DNA of 64,000 bases from Nymphaea colorata (lineage: Eukaryota), in assembly GCF_008831285.2 (NCBI RefSeq), contig NC_045138.2:34410001-34474000 (forward strand). The letters run 5' to 3'. The notes beneath the pieces are model-generated. The model was given only the letters and a program-made list of their open reading frames with translations. It was not told where the DNA came from and did not search any database. This document shows, piece by piece, positions 1 through 12,696 of the stretch; the stretch's first letter is position 1; every line of letters starts with the position of its first letter. A program made the position numbers and the translations under genes.

Positions 1-1044
1 GAACTATCTTGTTTTGAAATAGTGATTATTGTGTTAATTTTAAACGTGATGTGTTTTGCTTTATGGCATTACTACTCGACTTTGCTTCGTTGTCATTAAA
101 TTGAATTAGAAATGTCTTGTTGTTTCTGTCTGAGAAACCGAGCCTGAGGGCGGTTTCTGTGAGAGGTACTAGACGATGTCTAGTATTGAGAAACCCTCAC
201 TTTTGAAATTCGAAGGCGAAACGTGGACTTTGTGCGATGGTTTATGCGAGTGCGAGCTTTGTGCTTTGTCCAGTGTTTGGTTTTGTCCCGGGAGGTAGTG
301 GTCACACTCCTCTGGCTGTACTGGAGGGCCCACAGGGTATTGGGCGGCACAAGGGCCCGGGGTACTACTGCTGTGTTGGGAGAGAGACATCTCCTGGTCC
401 CTCAAACCGGGTTCCTAGAGGGGCCATGCTGCTGCAGCGGCGATCTGGGATATCTCAGGAGGCTTCACTTCAGGTGCCCTCGATCCGTTGGATCGCCTGG
501 TGAAGATATGTTCTGTTTTGCCCGTGAGTGCCCACGGGGATTTCTGTTGCTCGGCACGATGACCATGACATCGTCAGAGAACCACGGTTGGAAGCCTACG
601 AAATGTTTGGGAGGTTGTGCACACCTCGTTTTGTTCTGATAATGGGTCGTAACTTTTGTGTGTATAAAGTTTTGGAAAACTTATGGCTGTAGTTCATAAG
701 GCCTTTTTGGAATCATTTTACGAAACTAAATATTATTTTGGGCCATGTTTCATTCATGTCTGGATTTTCTCATACTCAGTGGAATTCTGACCCTTCTTTC
801 TATCTACAGGTAGCCATTGATAGATTTTGGCTTTGGAGCGACGACCTCAGTCTTGTGATGGACGGACATTGGCATTCTGGGCACTGCGTCGGTTTTGAGG
901 ATTTGTGGTTATTTTGTTTGGGTCCAAGTATTTTATTATTGAAATAAAACAATGTCTTATGTTCTGGTCATGACTCAATATTGCTTCCGCTATTATAGAA
1001 ATGAAAGAAAATTTTTGGTGTCAAAAATTGGGTCGTGACAACTT

Positions 1045-1056
1045 TGGTATCAGAGC
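1045..1056 (+). other. Primer-binding site complementary to the tRNA-iMet 3' end
   Basis: TGGTATCAGAGC four bases after the LTR terminal CA (1040). Confidence 0.9.
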
Positions 1057-1247
1057 ACAGTGTCTAGAGTCAATGTCCAATGCCAAGGTCGATCACAAGC
1101 AGAGGAACAGTCATCCAAGCCTGTTAACGAATGTGTTTTTGATTTAGTGTGAATATTGAGTTTTAAAATTTTAGAATAGTTTTAAGGAATCATTTTACTT
1201 ACGAATACAATAATTATATTTTGTGTTCCTTCGTGCGGTGTAGTTCA

Positions 1248-2318
1248 ATGGCTCGTACTAGAGGAGGAAGTGCTAGAGGCAGAGTCTGAGGACCTCGCAT
1301 CACTAGGAGTCGAAATGTGGAGGCTCGTTCTACCAGAGCTAGGACACCTGTTGGAGATAATCAACAACAACAAGCGTTCATCATGAACACATTGCAGATG
1401 ATTACGGGATTGATGCAGGGTTTGGTGCAGAATGCTTCTACAGGAGGAACTAGTACAGACACAAACAGAACGACAAATGGTGAGGCAATGGGAGTAACTC
1501 ACCAACAGTTTATGAGCCTGCACCCTCCAAAGTTTCATGGGAAAGGCACTGTTGACGATGCTGAACAGTGGGTAATAGAAACTGATGAGATCTTTACCAC
1601 CCTGGAAGTGCTTGACAACAAGAAGGTTCGGTATGAAACCTTTATGCTAAGAGGAGATGCTAAGGAATGGTGGCGGACGCAACGTGAAGTGAAGTTCACA
1701 AATCACGAAGCGACCTGGGGAGAATTCAAGGAAGCCTTCACACATGCCTACATTCCAACCTTCACACGGGAGAAACGCATGCAAGAATTCCTGAACCTTC
1801 AACAAGGGAGTCTGAGTCTGCACGAATACATCGTCAAATTCAGACATTTGAAAAAATATTGCCCCCATGTGTATACTGCTGATGCGGACCGAGCAAATAA
1901 GTTCGTCAGAGGACTTAAAGACGGGTTGCAGAACCAAGTAATTAGTAGTCGTCCGAGAGATCTAGACAACGATATCGACATGGCCACACGTCTTGAAGAG
2001 GGCTGGAACAGGATGCAAGGGACAAACAAGAGGAGTGAATTTATGCGATCCAAGTCGAGGCCAGACATGCGCAGTGACATGGTGAACCAAGGGGATAGAT
2101 TCAAGAGACAGAGGCCATCAACATCCAGGCAGGACGATGAATGTACCACATGTCATCGCCAACACCCGGGCAAACCATGTTACAGAGAGGTCGGGGCATG
2201 TCTCTATTGTGGAAGGCGAGGACATTTTATTCGTGAGTGCCCGAAGAAGAAAGAGGCAGAACAGGGGCGAGGTGTAGCCAACCAACCAGCGGAGAAGAAG
2301 GTACCTGGGAGAGTTTAA
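1248..2318 (+). pseudogene. gag: Retrotransposon gag with premature stop
   Basis: ATG at 1248 (MARTRGG...) is in frame with ORF 1317-2318 but interrupted by TGA at 1287-1289. Retrotrans_gag-like motifs (PPKFHG, AKEWW, EFLNLQQG) and CCHC knuckle; stops before the protease region. Confidence 0.85.
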
Positions 2319-3086
2319 GCAACCACGGTTGAAGATTTGAGATCCACTGATGTGAATGAAGGTACCCTTCTTGTATAATCTCATTGTGCTCATATTCTGT
2401 TTGAATCTGGTGCATCGCATTCTTTTGTTTCTAAGAGTTTTGTTGAAATTTTAAAGTTAGAAAGAAAGAATATGTTTGATTAATTGTTAGTCGCTACGGC
2501 CATGGAAGACAAAAACACATGCAAAACATATCTAGAAAATGTAAAAATAGAAATACATGGATCGTTATGCAACGACAGATTGTAGAAGGAAGAAGCTGAA
2601 GATTCAGTTGGAGGATGGTCAAAAGATTAAATTTGGGGTAAAAACGCCCTAAGATAAAAGAAAGTCGGTTGTCTCAGCAATTAAGGAAAGAAAAATTGAG
2701 TCCAAGATACATTAGTCCATTCGAGATTCTGAAAAAAATTGGAGAGGTTGCATATTGAATTGCACTTCCACCACAATTTAGTCATGTTCATCCAGTATTT
2801 CACGTGTCGATGCTAAGGAAGTATATATCTGATCCTTCGCAGGTGATAGATTACGAAGAAGTTGATTTGCAAGAAGACATGACAACAAAAGAACAACCAC
2901 TGCGGATAATAGATCGAAAGGAACACGTGTTGCGAAATAAGACCATCCCACTAGTTCAAATAGAATGACAACATCATGGAATTAAAAAAAAAAAAGTACG
3001 TGGGAACCAGAAGAGGACATGAGAAAGAGTAACCCTCAATTATTCTAATAAGGTACGTTCAAATTTCGAGGACGAAATTTCTTTTT

Positions 3087-3098
3087 AGGGGGGAAGGA
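3087..3098 (+). other. Polypurine tract of the Gypsy element
   Basis: AGGGGGGAAGGA directly before the TG at 3099 that starts the 3' LTR. Confidence 0.85.
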
Positions 3099-3892
3099 TG
3101 TAAGACCCACGTTTTTTTTAAAACTGCCAAGTTTATCAAATGGAGACAAACGTGGAAAAAGATGGAGATAAGAGCTGATCTAATCACATTTGATGACAAC
3201 TAATAAGAAGTGCAGGGAAGATCCGGTCTTAGTATCATCAGGCCCTTTTCCAGTTTTGCATGGAAAATCGTTGAACGGTCCACGGCGGTCTCCATCAAGT
3301 GCAGTGCGTCGTCGGAGGCCAATTCTTACATCCAAGTTCGAAACCTAATTAGAAAATCTTCATGGAACTTTCTACCAAAACTTACTCCCAAATCTCCGAT
3401 ATATATCGAAACCACAAGTACCTGGTTCTCGTTCGCATAAATATACTACATTGAATCCCCAAGAGCAACCATATGAAAAATACAGGAGATAATATGCCTA
3501 CGGGCCACATTGTCTGAAAATATTCATGCCTCCTGGACACACGCTGCGAGCAAGTCACTACCCAACAAGGAGAAAGAAAGAACCAAAGAATTTTATCTTA
3601 TTGACGAATATTACCATTGGCAGTAACCAGATACACAGGGAAACCAGCCAACCAAAAACCACTCACCCAGAACATACACCAGCAGGGAGTACATTAAACA
3701 GGAAAAAGTCACCAGAATATATGCAAGGATAATATTATACATCAAAATTATCAAATTACTTACATATAACTTGCAAATGGCACTCAAAAAACTCGGTTGA
3801 GACCCTGACATCCATAGCTATTTGCATAGGAGCGTTAATTATTCTCCTCGGGAAGTCCTTCCATGACAAACAGACGGACACTGAACCATCAG

Positions 3893-6800
3893 CTATGCTG
3901 CAATGACTATGATCACAATGAGAAGGATCACACCGAAGATAACTAGTAGCAAGCATGTCTGCAGGGCAAATGTACATCATCAGACAATTTGATTTATATG
4001 TTCTTCCTGATTAACTATTGTCCAAGCCTATTTACTTACCAAAGATGAATTTGATCTTTGAGTTTTTGCAGCTTTTGCCAATTGAGTTTTCGCTTGTGCA
4101 GTAGATGCATATGAGCCCTCAATGTGGGAATCAATGTCATCTGCAGGTAGGGAAAACAAGGTCATGTCTTGGCTTCTTCATTAAGTGATTCAAAGAATGA
4201 GCAACACAAACAAAAACGAATACCAATCAGAGCTCCTTGTTCATGAACAAGCACCGCCAGGTCCTTGAAGATTTCATTCACTTCACCAATCTGTTGCTGG
4301 ATTTCTTCAATTCCCTGTTCCCTTTCCTCAATAATGGCCTCATTGAATGCAATTTCATTGTCAACTAGCAGGACCTCTTGTCTGAGAGTGGAAATGAGTA
4401 ATACTGAATTTCTTATAATTTTCTGGAATACCAAAGGAGAAAGATGCAGCCATTTTGGACCATCGAAAGCACAACTATAGTGCCTAGTGTACCTTACCCT
4501 ATATGGTATGGTACGAGTACACAGCAATGTCTTACCTACAATTCTCCAAGCCATAATCAAGATTGATAAGTGAACTCAATGTTGGGAATTTCCAAGGGGA
4601 AATTAAAATTTATAACGCATGTAACTTGGGTAAATTAAGGAATACAGCTGAACAGAATCCACAAGGGAAGGAAAATATTTTGATTAAACTCATCTATTTG
4701 CTGATTGAAGTAGCCAATGCATAGTAAAATATGCCTTTTTAACAAAGTAAAACGGCGAACATGTGATTAGTTTTTCATTACCTAAAACTAGCAACCACAT
4801 AAAATAATGGTCCTCAAAGTATAAAAAAAAATCACGTAAATTGAACGAGATTAATGAATTCAGAAACTTCATAATTTCGCATGACATAGGATATCTCCTT
4901 TTGTAAACTTGAATTTGTATGTGTTTAAGTAAAAAACTTTCAAACAAATAGTCACTCTTCAGACAGAACCAAAAAAAAAAAACTGAACGATATCAAACAG
5001 AAAAATGGATAAATCTACTTCACCTTCTGGACTCAACAAGAAGAGCACGTTGTTCCGGAGATTTATCTGGAGTTATATCTAGCTCACTTGCTACAAAGCT
5101 GCAAATTGATGAACAATGGTAGAGTATTAGAAAATGTCCAATAAAAGGTCATAGACCAAGTTCAATCAACAGCCAAAAGGAGCAGAAGAATCGATCCAGA
5201 TGACATTCAGCAGGAAAACTCTGTAATATTAGCCTTCATACTGCATGGACATTCACTTTGAAATGGAAAAACAAGTCCGCTGCTAAGTAACATCGACTCT
5301 TCAAAAAGGTTCCCACACCCGAGTCAAAAGGACTTGGGTAAAGGTACAGATGTGGCTTGGGACATTGATAAAATAATAGCTTATTGCCAGTTGCTAGTTT
5401 ATTGTTTATATATATACATATATGTAACATGTATATATGTATATATATGTACAGTGCCATGTTGCACCAGCATTTTGGCACCTGTGTAACATGGATCTGC
5501 TGACTAATTTTGAAACCTATTTTCACATATTTACTTGAGGAACAATGAGTCAAACTAGTCCATATGATCACATATAAAATTAACACAAAGATGGAGATGC
5601 GTGCATCTAAGTGCAACAAGGAGAGCTGCTTTCAACTTGATCGGTTGATCCACTCCTAGAATTAAAATAACCATTTAGTTTGGCCGTTCAAAAATGTCAC
5701 CATCCCCCCAGTCCATGGATCTGAGCAGTTCACATGCTTATTTGGTTTGTCAAACTGAAAAGGCTATCTTGACAAAAAGACAGTTATGAAAAGATAACTA
5801 TAGTTTGGGTAGTAGCCTAGTAGGTTCTTTGATGCCAAATTGCAGCCCTTCCTAACAGAAACAACAGTCCACCAGTTCCAGCTAAATTACAACTATATTG
5901 CACATGCCATAATTACCTTGATGGTAGAACAGCTTGAGGAACAAAGGGAGTATATGTGGTTTCTCTCTCAGCTGCAAGCCTCTGGGCCTTTTGAAATTCC
6001 TTCAAGATCGTTTGAAAATCTTTTGCAAGCTTTGCATCAGCAATCTTTTGCTAGCCTGCATTGTGCAAGCCATATACATGACACAATTGATTGAGATGTT
6101 TAGAGATAAAATGTGAAGCATCATAACCATCAAATGTATTGAATTATCCAAACCATGCATGCATGCACAAGAGCAGACACATACAAAGCAGCTATTATTC
6201 CTGGAAAGGAATACCAGAGACAAAGTTCATAAGAGAATCAACATATTATGGAGAATAAATGAGAAAATCAAGAACCTGTTGCTCAGTTATCAGCAAAGTA
6301 CTAGATGCCAGATTGGGCTTGGAAGCAAACTAGCTGCTGTTTCAGAGGAACCAGTGATGCAAACATGCTAGGTAAACTTCAGAGAAGAAAGCAGCACAAT
6401 AATAATGAAGCTGAGGGGAAAAGAAGGCAAAGAAGCACGAAGGCAACAAGGCAAATTAAATTTGGCGAGAGTTAGCAAGATATGATGCATAGATGATTCA
6501 TAGTCATGCACACAGATTCATGTGCAAATGCACACTACAGAGACGCACGGACATACATGTACACACAGATACATATATAATTAACAATGACTTTGAAGAT
6601 GCCAAGGGTGCTTAATGGAGTCATCTGTTAACACAGGATAATAAAGACACAGAAAGGGATTTAACAGTATTTAACAAAAACTCAAAAAGTGCATTACACT
6701 ATTACAGAAATGGGTTGCCAACATATTATTGCAGTAGCATGTGCCAAACTAAACCAAACCTGCATCACATGGATAAAGATGCCAGGACATGACATGACAT

Positions 6801-9800
6801 GGATACACCCTGTGCAATATTAAAATGGTTCAAAAGATTATGAGTGTCTACACACACACACACGTGCATGCATGTATGGACAAATATCATCTAAAGTCCA
6901 CACTATTGAACCATGATCTTAATTGTTATGAACAAAAATTTCAAGTAATAAGAACTTCTGTAACTTCAAAGAGAGAGGAAGCCAGGAACCAACTAGAAAT
7001 GAAGCACAGTCTGTTGACATGTGCTTGTTACTGCAGTCTGCATTTCACACTGATATTCAACTCTTTACATGCTTCTAAAATAACAAATTGTCCTTTAGAC
7101 AAATGAATGCTTCACACTACCTATTTATAAAATAACGTTTCTTTACCACATATCACCCATATAAAGCTGAATGCTGCCATCCAACAGGATAGGATGTTCA
7201 ATGTGGAGCGATGAAGACCTGTAAGGCTGTTTCTGGAAACTGTACACTATACACTGAGATATGTGCTGTGGCTTCCATCTTAGTCGATGTGTTCCCAACA
7301 GACACCCACAAGGATTTCCATAAAAATCACCTCTTCAGGTGGGTGTTCAAAATGGTAAATACTAAATACTACATTATGGCACACACTACACGGCCAAGTG
7401 CAACATGACCTCTTCTGATTGTGGTTCCAACATGGCACATAATACTGCTCCCGAAAATGGTGTGAATAGATTTAGTAGCAAAATTAGTTTGGAACCTCCT
7501 GTCTACTTGGATACATACACCTTGAGTTAGTTCTAGCCCTTAACTTGTTTTTTCTCTATTTTTTCTTGGCATTTTCCAGCAATATCCATTTGTTTAGCAA
7601 ACAAATGGTGAAATGACCAATTTTCAGATGTATAGCAATTCATAAGCTGAAGGCCAATACTTGAGTGCATTTATGAATCATTGAATTGAGAAAATAGAAG
7701 ATAGCCACTGCTCTTCAACTGGAAGAATTTAAATGCAAAACATGATGAGAGAAAGGCAGCAACAATACTTCTACTTCTAGGTCAAACATCATTGCATGAG
7801 CTTGAAGAAACAAGAAATACCAACTAGAAGGTGCTGAAGAATCATGACAACAGATGAAGTTTAAGAGCCTGATACTCACACTAACTTCAGCACGCTGATC
7901 TGTTTCACTAGCTACTTTAAGCTTTGCAGAAGTTTCTTTAACCAGATGACCGATGTGCTGCCGAGTCTTGTGCCTGCAAATAAAAGAGATAATCAGTCAA
8001 GTAGTTATCATAGAACCATATGACATTACAATGTTCAGATCAAGTACCAAAAGCAGGTGCATTTACTGAACATCACTTTCTAGTTTCTAGGAAGATGGAA
8101 AATCCAATGGACATGCATAAGTTACACATGAGAATTTTTTTTTTCCATCTAATACCAATGAATAGCAATAAATAAATAAGATGATGCATATCTTTATCAA
8201 AATTCAGAAAACTACTAGGTGACCCCATCTAAAAGAATGACTATGTTTAAGGACATTCTCAATCCCCAAGTTTTGGATGGCTGAGATTAATCCCTCCTAT
8301 GAAATGGTGGAAAAGGAACATCACTGTATAGGTAGTGGCTTGGAAAAAGGACACAATGGCAACTGCTGTTCAAGGTCACAATGCGTTGAGTCTGAACATC
8401 TCAGAGCTGCCTTCATAACTCACATTTTGCAACAAAAGACAAGCTAATGGGTCAGAAAATGGAAAACCTGTCACAAGGATTAGAAACAGAAATCTGTGAT
8501 ATGGTTAAACTCCTACCTGGTAAATGGTGACATACGTAAAGTCGTAAAGTTTTCAAAAAAGAATATAACTGTAAAGTTCTAAAACCACAAGGTTCTCCAA
8601 AGAAATGAAAAAAAAGGCTTGACAGAGAAACCCAATAAAGAACTCAAAAATGCATTTCAACACTAAAAGTACAGAAAAATAACGAAACTCATTTCGTTAT
8701 GGAGGCTGCAACATTCTTAAGCCACTGACATTCAAACGAAGAAAGAAACAAATGCATGCACACAAACTTGGGTGTACTGGTTCCTTCATTTAGGAAGAAA
8801 GAGTCAAAGACCTGAAAGACAGGAATATGGCATGAAAAATTGAACAACGAAACAACTATACCATTGAATAGAGCCTATAAGAGAAGAGGAGTTGGCCACA
8901 TTGGGCCAAGTTAATGTAATATTGTAATTTGTACCCATTACACGCACGTCAAAAGGATCTCTTTCTTGTTTGAGAAAGGAAGTACGAAGAGAAAGCAGAA
9001 CCACTGTTCGCATGATCCAGGAACAGACTCATGGGATCATTGGACAAGAGTTCAACCCATTCATGGGATCATTGTCAATCCACTAAGATAAGAAATTCCA
9101 TAATTTTCATGTCAATTTAGTCAAAATTTTCTCGCTAGGCCACAGATAATCTCTTCGCAATAAATAATACTGACTGTGGCTAACACTACATGCATTAACA
9201 AAACCACCTTTGACAGATAAGTAAGAAAGCAAGTAAAGAACCTTGAAGTTCAAACGAGTAGGAGCATCGAAATCCCCAGAATGTTTGACGCAATATCAGA
9301 TTTTTTCAATCCCTAGAAATATGAAGGACCAGGACCTTCCCTAAATAATTTGAGACGCCGTATACAAGGAAAACATGAACGCCAAATAACGCCAAGTTCT
9401 TTTTTTGATTGCACGTCAAAACTACAGAAGCTACCAAACAGGAAAGACAAATGACAGAAAAGGGGAAAGAAACAACATGTTTTTGGAAAACAAAGAAAAA
9501 AAAAATGGAACATTCGCACGCTTCACCGAGATCCTGTATCCCTAATTCCACCAAAGTGGAGGGGCTATGGGAATCTGTCGCCCTGAATTCTGCAAGCAAA
9601 ACCCCTAATCTTGATGCCAGAAAACAAATAGGGAGAACCCGAGTGCAGCAAGCAAAACCCCTAAAATGATGAAATCCATAGGCAGGGATTGGAGAAGAAA
9701 AAGGCAGCGGAAGAATAAAAAGCTCACAGTTTCTCCCGGAGCTCAGGCGTGTCCTTGGGGGTGCCAAGGGTGTTGACGAGGCGCTGAAAGGTCGAGACGG

Positions 9801-9915
9801 CGGTGTTGATCTGGAAGACTCCGGCGGCCACGGCCTGGGAAGGGTCCTGCTTTCCGTTCACCAGATCGCGCCGTAGGGGCAAGGGCCTGCCGGCTTCGAG
9901 ATCCTGGAAGCTCAT
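3893..9915 (-). CDS. SYP22: Syntaxin-22-like (SYP2 family, vacuolar/prevacuolar Qa-SNARE), 7 coding exons
   Basis: Exons 9728-9915 ([10 protein letters not shown]...), 7880-7973, 5917-6055 (or 6050), 5024-5098, 4224-4381 (SNARE motif [32 protein letters not shown]), 4040-4140 and 3893-3958 (TM anchor [21 protein letters not shown]), with GT-AG junctions. Exon 3 has an apparent 1-nt deletion (see findings). Confidence 0.93.
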
Positions 9916-11544
9916 CCTTGTCCCTTCCCTTCACTTTTCCTCCTTCCTCCTCTTCGCCTGACACCCAAGAAGACTCAAACCACGAATCCCCCCCTCAGAG
10001 GAATCGGCGAGAGAGAGAGAGAGACTAATTTTAGGGCCGGGGAGGAAAGGAAATTAACAGGCTGTCTCGGTGGTGTCTCGGAGAAAGAGAGAGAGAGAGA
10101 GAGAGATGGGTTATATGACAAACAGATGAAAATTTTTACACGAGTCAGGAGCGACCGATGGTCCCACTTCCCGTTCCATCAACACGCACGCGTGCTCCCT
10201 CGCTCGCCCTCGGGGTGGTGTTTCAAGACGAACCACGTCCATCGGGTATGGTAGGCCCTGCTGGTTCCGGATCCAAAAAGGATCAAAACCCTACCCACAT
10301 TTTTTCCGTCGATAAAAGTTTGTGTAGTGTCGCAGCTGCAGCATGATCATATATATCATGCCTCAATCAGCAAAATGCAGCAGAAGCCCCGTGGAAGGAA
10401 GTTAAGTTTAGTATGAAAATGTTGAGGAAACTTTTCAATCGAGAAGCCACTTTTCTTTCGCTTACAAACCCCGAAATGGAGTTGTGAACAATCGTGCGAG
10501 CCCACAGGCTGAGCCTGCAACCCGCAATTGGCTGCAGGGGCCGAATCGAAGGCAGCCGATTTTTTTTTTTTTTTTTTATGGAGGTTTCAATGCAGATCAC
10601 ACTAATTTGGCTGGAAAAAAGAAACAAAAAAAGCAAAAAAAATTATGATGCCTTAAGGTTTCCTTTTCCATCACATTCGTCGTTTGCCCCATAATATCTG
10701 CGACCAACTTTCGGTCAATGCATTCCATTTCGTGGCACATTTTTTATTCACTTCTTCCTTTCACGGTGTTTTCACGCCGCGACGGTCCACCGCGGCAGCC
10801 TTTTCTCGATTTCTCTCCTTCGTGTTCCGCTGTTGATGCCATTACTCAGCGGCGCCTCCACCGTCCGTATTGTATTCACAGCCACAGACCATCGACAAAA
10901 TAGGTATTTCTCCAACCTCGCCCTCTTCTCTTCCCTGTTTTCTTTCACTCGGAAGAGCAAGCAGTCTCTCGTCTTTGACTTTAGCCCCTCGCCGTCCCTG
11001 TCACCCCTCACCGGCGCCATCGTCCTCAATCCAGTGCCGCTGTTGATCCACCACCTTCAATTTTAGGCATAAGAGTTTTTTTATCGTCGTCATTGCGTAC
11101 CCAAAATCGCAGTGTCGCGTGCTTTCAATTGCATCTTTAGCACTGTGCTTCTTTTTACTGCCTACTATTTGACAAACAGTTGTTTTATTAACAAGTAGTT
11201 AGTCCAGCTTGCAAGTAGATCACGCTCCTCCTCCTCTATTTGCGTGGCGTGGTTGTGAGCAATGAGTTCACAATTGTGCTCCTTTACCTTTGATCTCGGT
11301 GTCTGTATGGTTATTCTGGTCCTGCTTCTTCCTAATATAAGTAGGTAAATATGACGCTTTGAGATCGTTGCATAGTATGTTTGTTTTGGATACCATTACC
11401 CCAAGTTCCTGAAGAAATATGTTGACATATAAATTCTATTGTTCGATGGGTGAATGCTTAAAATTTAATTTCTGCACTTCCTCAGAACTCCATGAGGTCA
11501 CGTTTTATTCTGACAAAACAATATATCCCCCTTTGGTCTCTCTT

Positions 11545-11652
11545 CTTGCCTTACTCTCATCTAAGCAGCCCATGAGCTAGTGAACAATTAAAACCTGTCT
11601 GCTTGCCTTATTCTCATCCAAGTAACCTATAAGCTAGTGAACACTTAAAAAC
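11545..11652. repeat. Diverged tandem duplication, period about 57 bp
   Basis: CTTGCCTTA(C/T)TCTCATC...AGCTAGTGAACA..TTAAAA starts at 11545 and again at 11602. Confidence 0.7.
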
Positions 11653-12696
11653 TTTGGTTGTAACCGATGCATATTTCAAGTATCCTTCCAGTACTTCAAA
11701 ATTGGCTTAGTGGGGACAAGTGTTCACTGTTTTTTCTGAAGTGTTTATGCTTTTAGATTTTTTTTATTTGTCAGATTTTGTTGATATTTCTCAAACTTTA
11801 TTTGATTCATTAAAATTAAAACACATTTTTAGTCAACATATTGAATTCAAATCGAGGTATACTTTTGACTGTATCTCTTTCAGATATATTAACATGCAAG
11901 TAAAGAAAGGTTGTAATTTAATTCAATTTCACAATTCAAATCCGATTGGAATCTAATTTTTACATTCATATTCAAATCCAAATTTTGAACTGAATTTGGT
12001 CAATTTTCAACATATTTATGTATATTTGAACCTGAATTCAATGAGATGTCATTTCTTAAATTAGAATATGAACTAAATTTTTAATTGGATATTACACTTT
12101 TTTTCTATATCTTTTTTTTTTAAACAATTTGGTTGGATATCCAATCGAAATCAAATATATTGACTCTCTATTCACATGTGAAGTTGAAAAAGGAAACCTG
12201 GTACCAGTATGGGAGGGGGTATTTTTTAATTTTTAAATTTTTCAAGTAAATAGAAAGACTTCAGAATGCGATGCCGTTTTTATGAAATTATACATGCCAA
12301 CGCCGCTTGGAAAGATAAGCCAAACGACGCATACAGGTGATGCGATACAATTAGTTTCAACCGCGTGCACAAAGTGGGAGAAAGAGAGAGAGAGAGAAAG
12401 AGAAAAAAAAAAAACAAAGAGACGACCATAGCGCATCCCTAGTTCTCAACGGTCTGTGACGACCTTACCCCAACAATTTATTTCATCTGCCGAATGGTAT
12501 ACAACTTCCACGAAAGAACAAAAGAAGAAAAACGAAGGGGCAGGAGGGCATGACGGGGAAAACGAAAGACGTCGCTGATTGCACTTATGGGGAAACACTT
12601 CCCTAGAACCAAAATCTGATGACTTCAAAATTATAAAAGCTCTTACCATTTTCTATTTTTTCTTTATCATCTCTTTAACTTGTATTATATCTACAA

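Larger units (their letters stand above)
1..3430 (+). mobile_element. Ty3/Gypsy chromovirus (Tekay/Del-like) LTR retrotransposon, internally deleted and non-autonomous; 5' LTR runs off the window start, 3' LTR truncated
   Basis: 5' LTR ends ...GGGTCGTGACA at 1040, followed by PBS TGGTATCAGAGC. Gag carries zinc knuckle CLYCGRRGHFIREC. Protease-like LFESGASHSF at about 2397-2426. Integrase C-terminal/chromodomain remnant (PFEILKKIGEVAY...HVHPVFHVSMLRKY) at about 2717-3047. AAATTTCGAGGACGAAATTT palindrome, PPT, then 3' LTR start TGTAAGACCC at 3099. Right boundary is approximate. Confidence 0.9.

Noticed and set aside
169..947. Several 70-140 aa ORFs at the window start
   Set aside because: They lie inside the Gypsy 5' LTR and show no recognisable motifs.
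10690..11100. CT/GC-rich block divergent from the syntaxin promoter as a separate gene
   Set aside because: No convincing ORF or downstream exons; a lncRNA or TE fragment cannot be told apart without transcript data.
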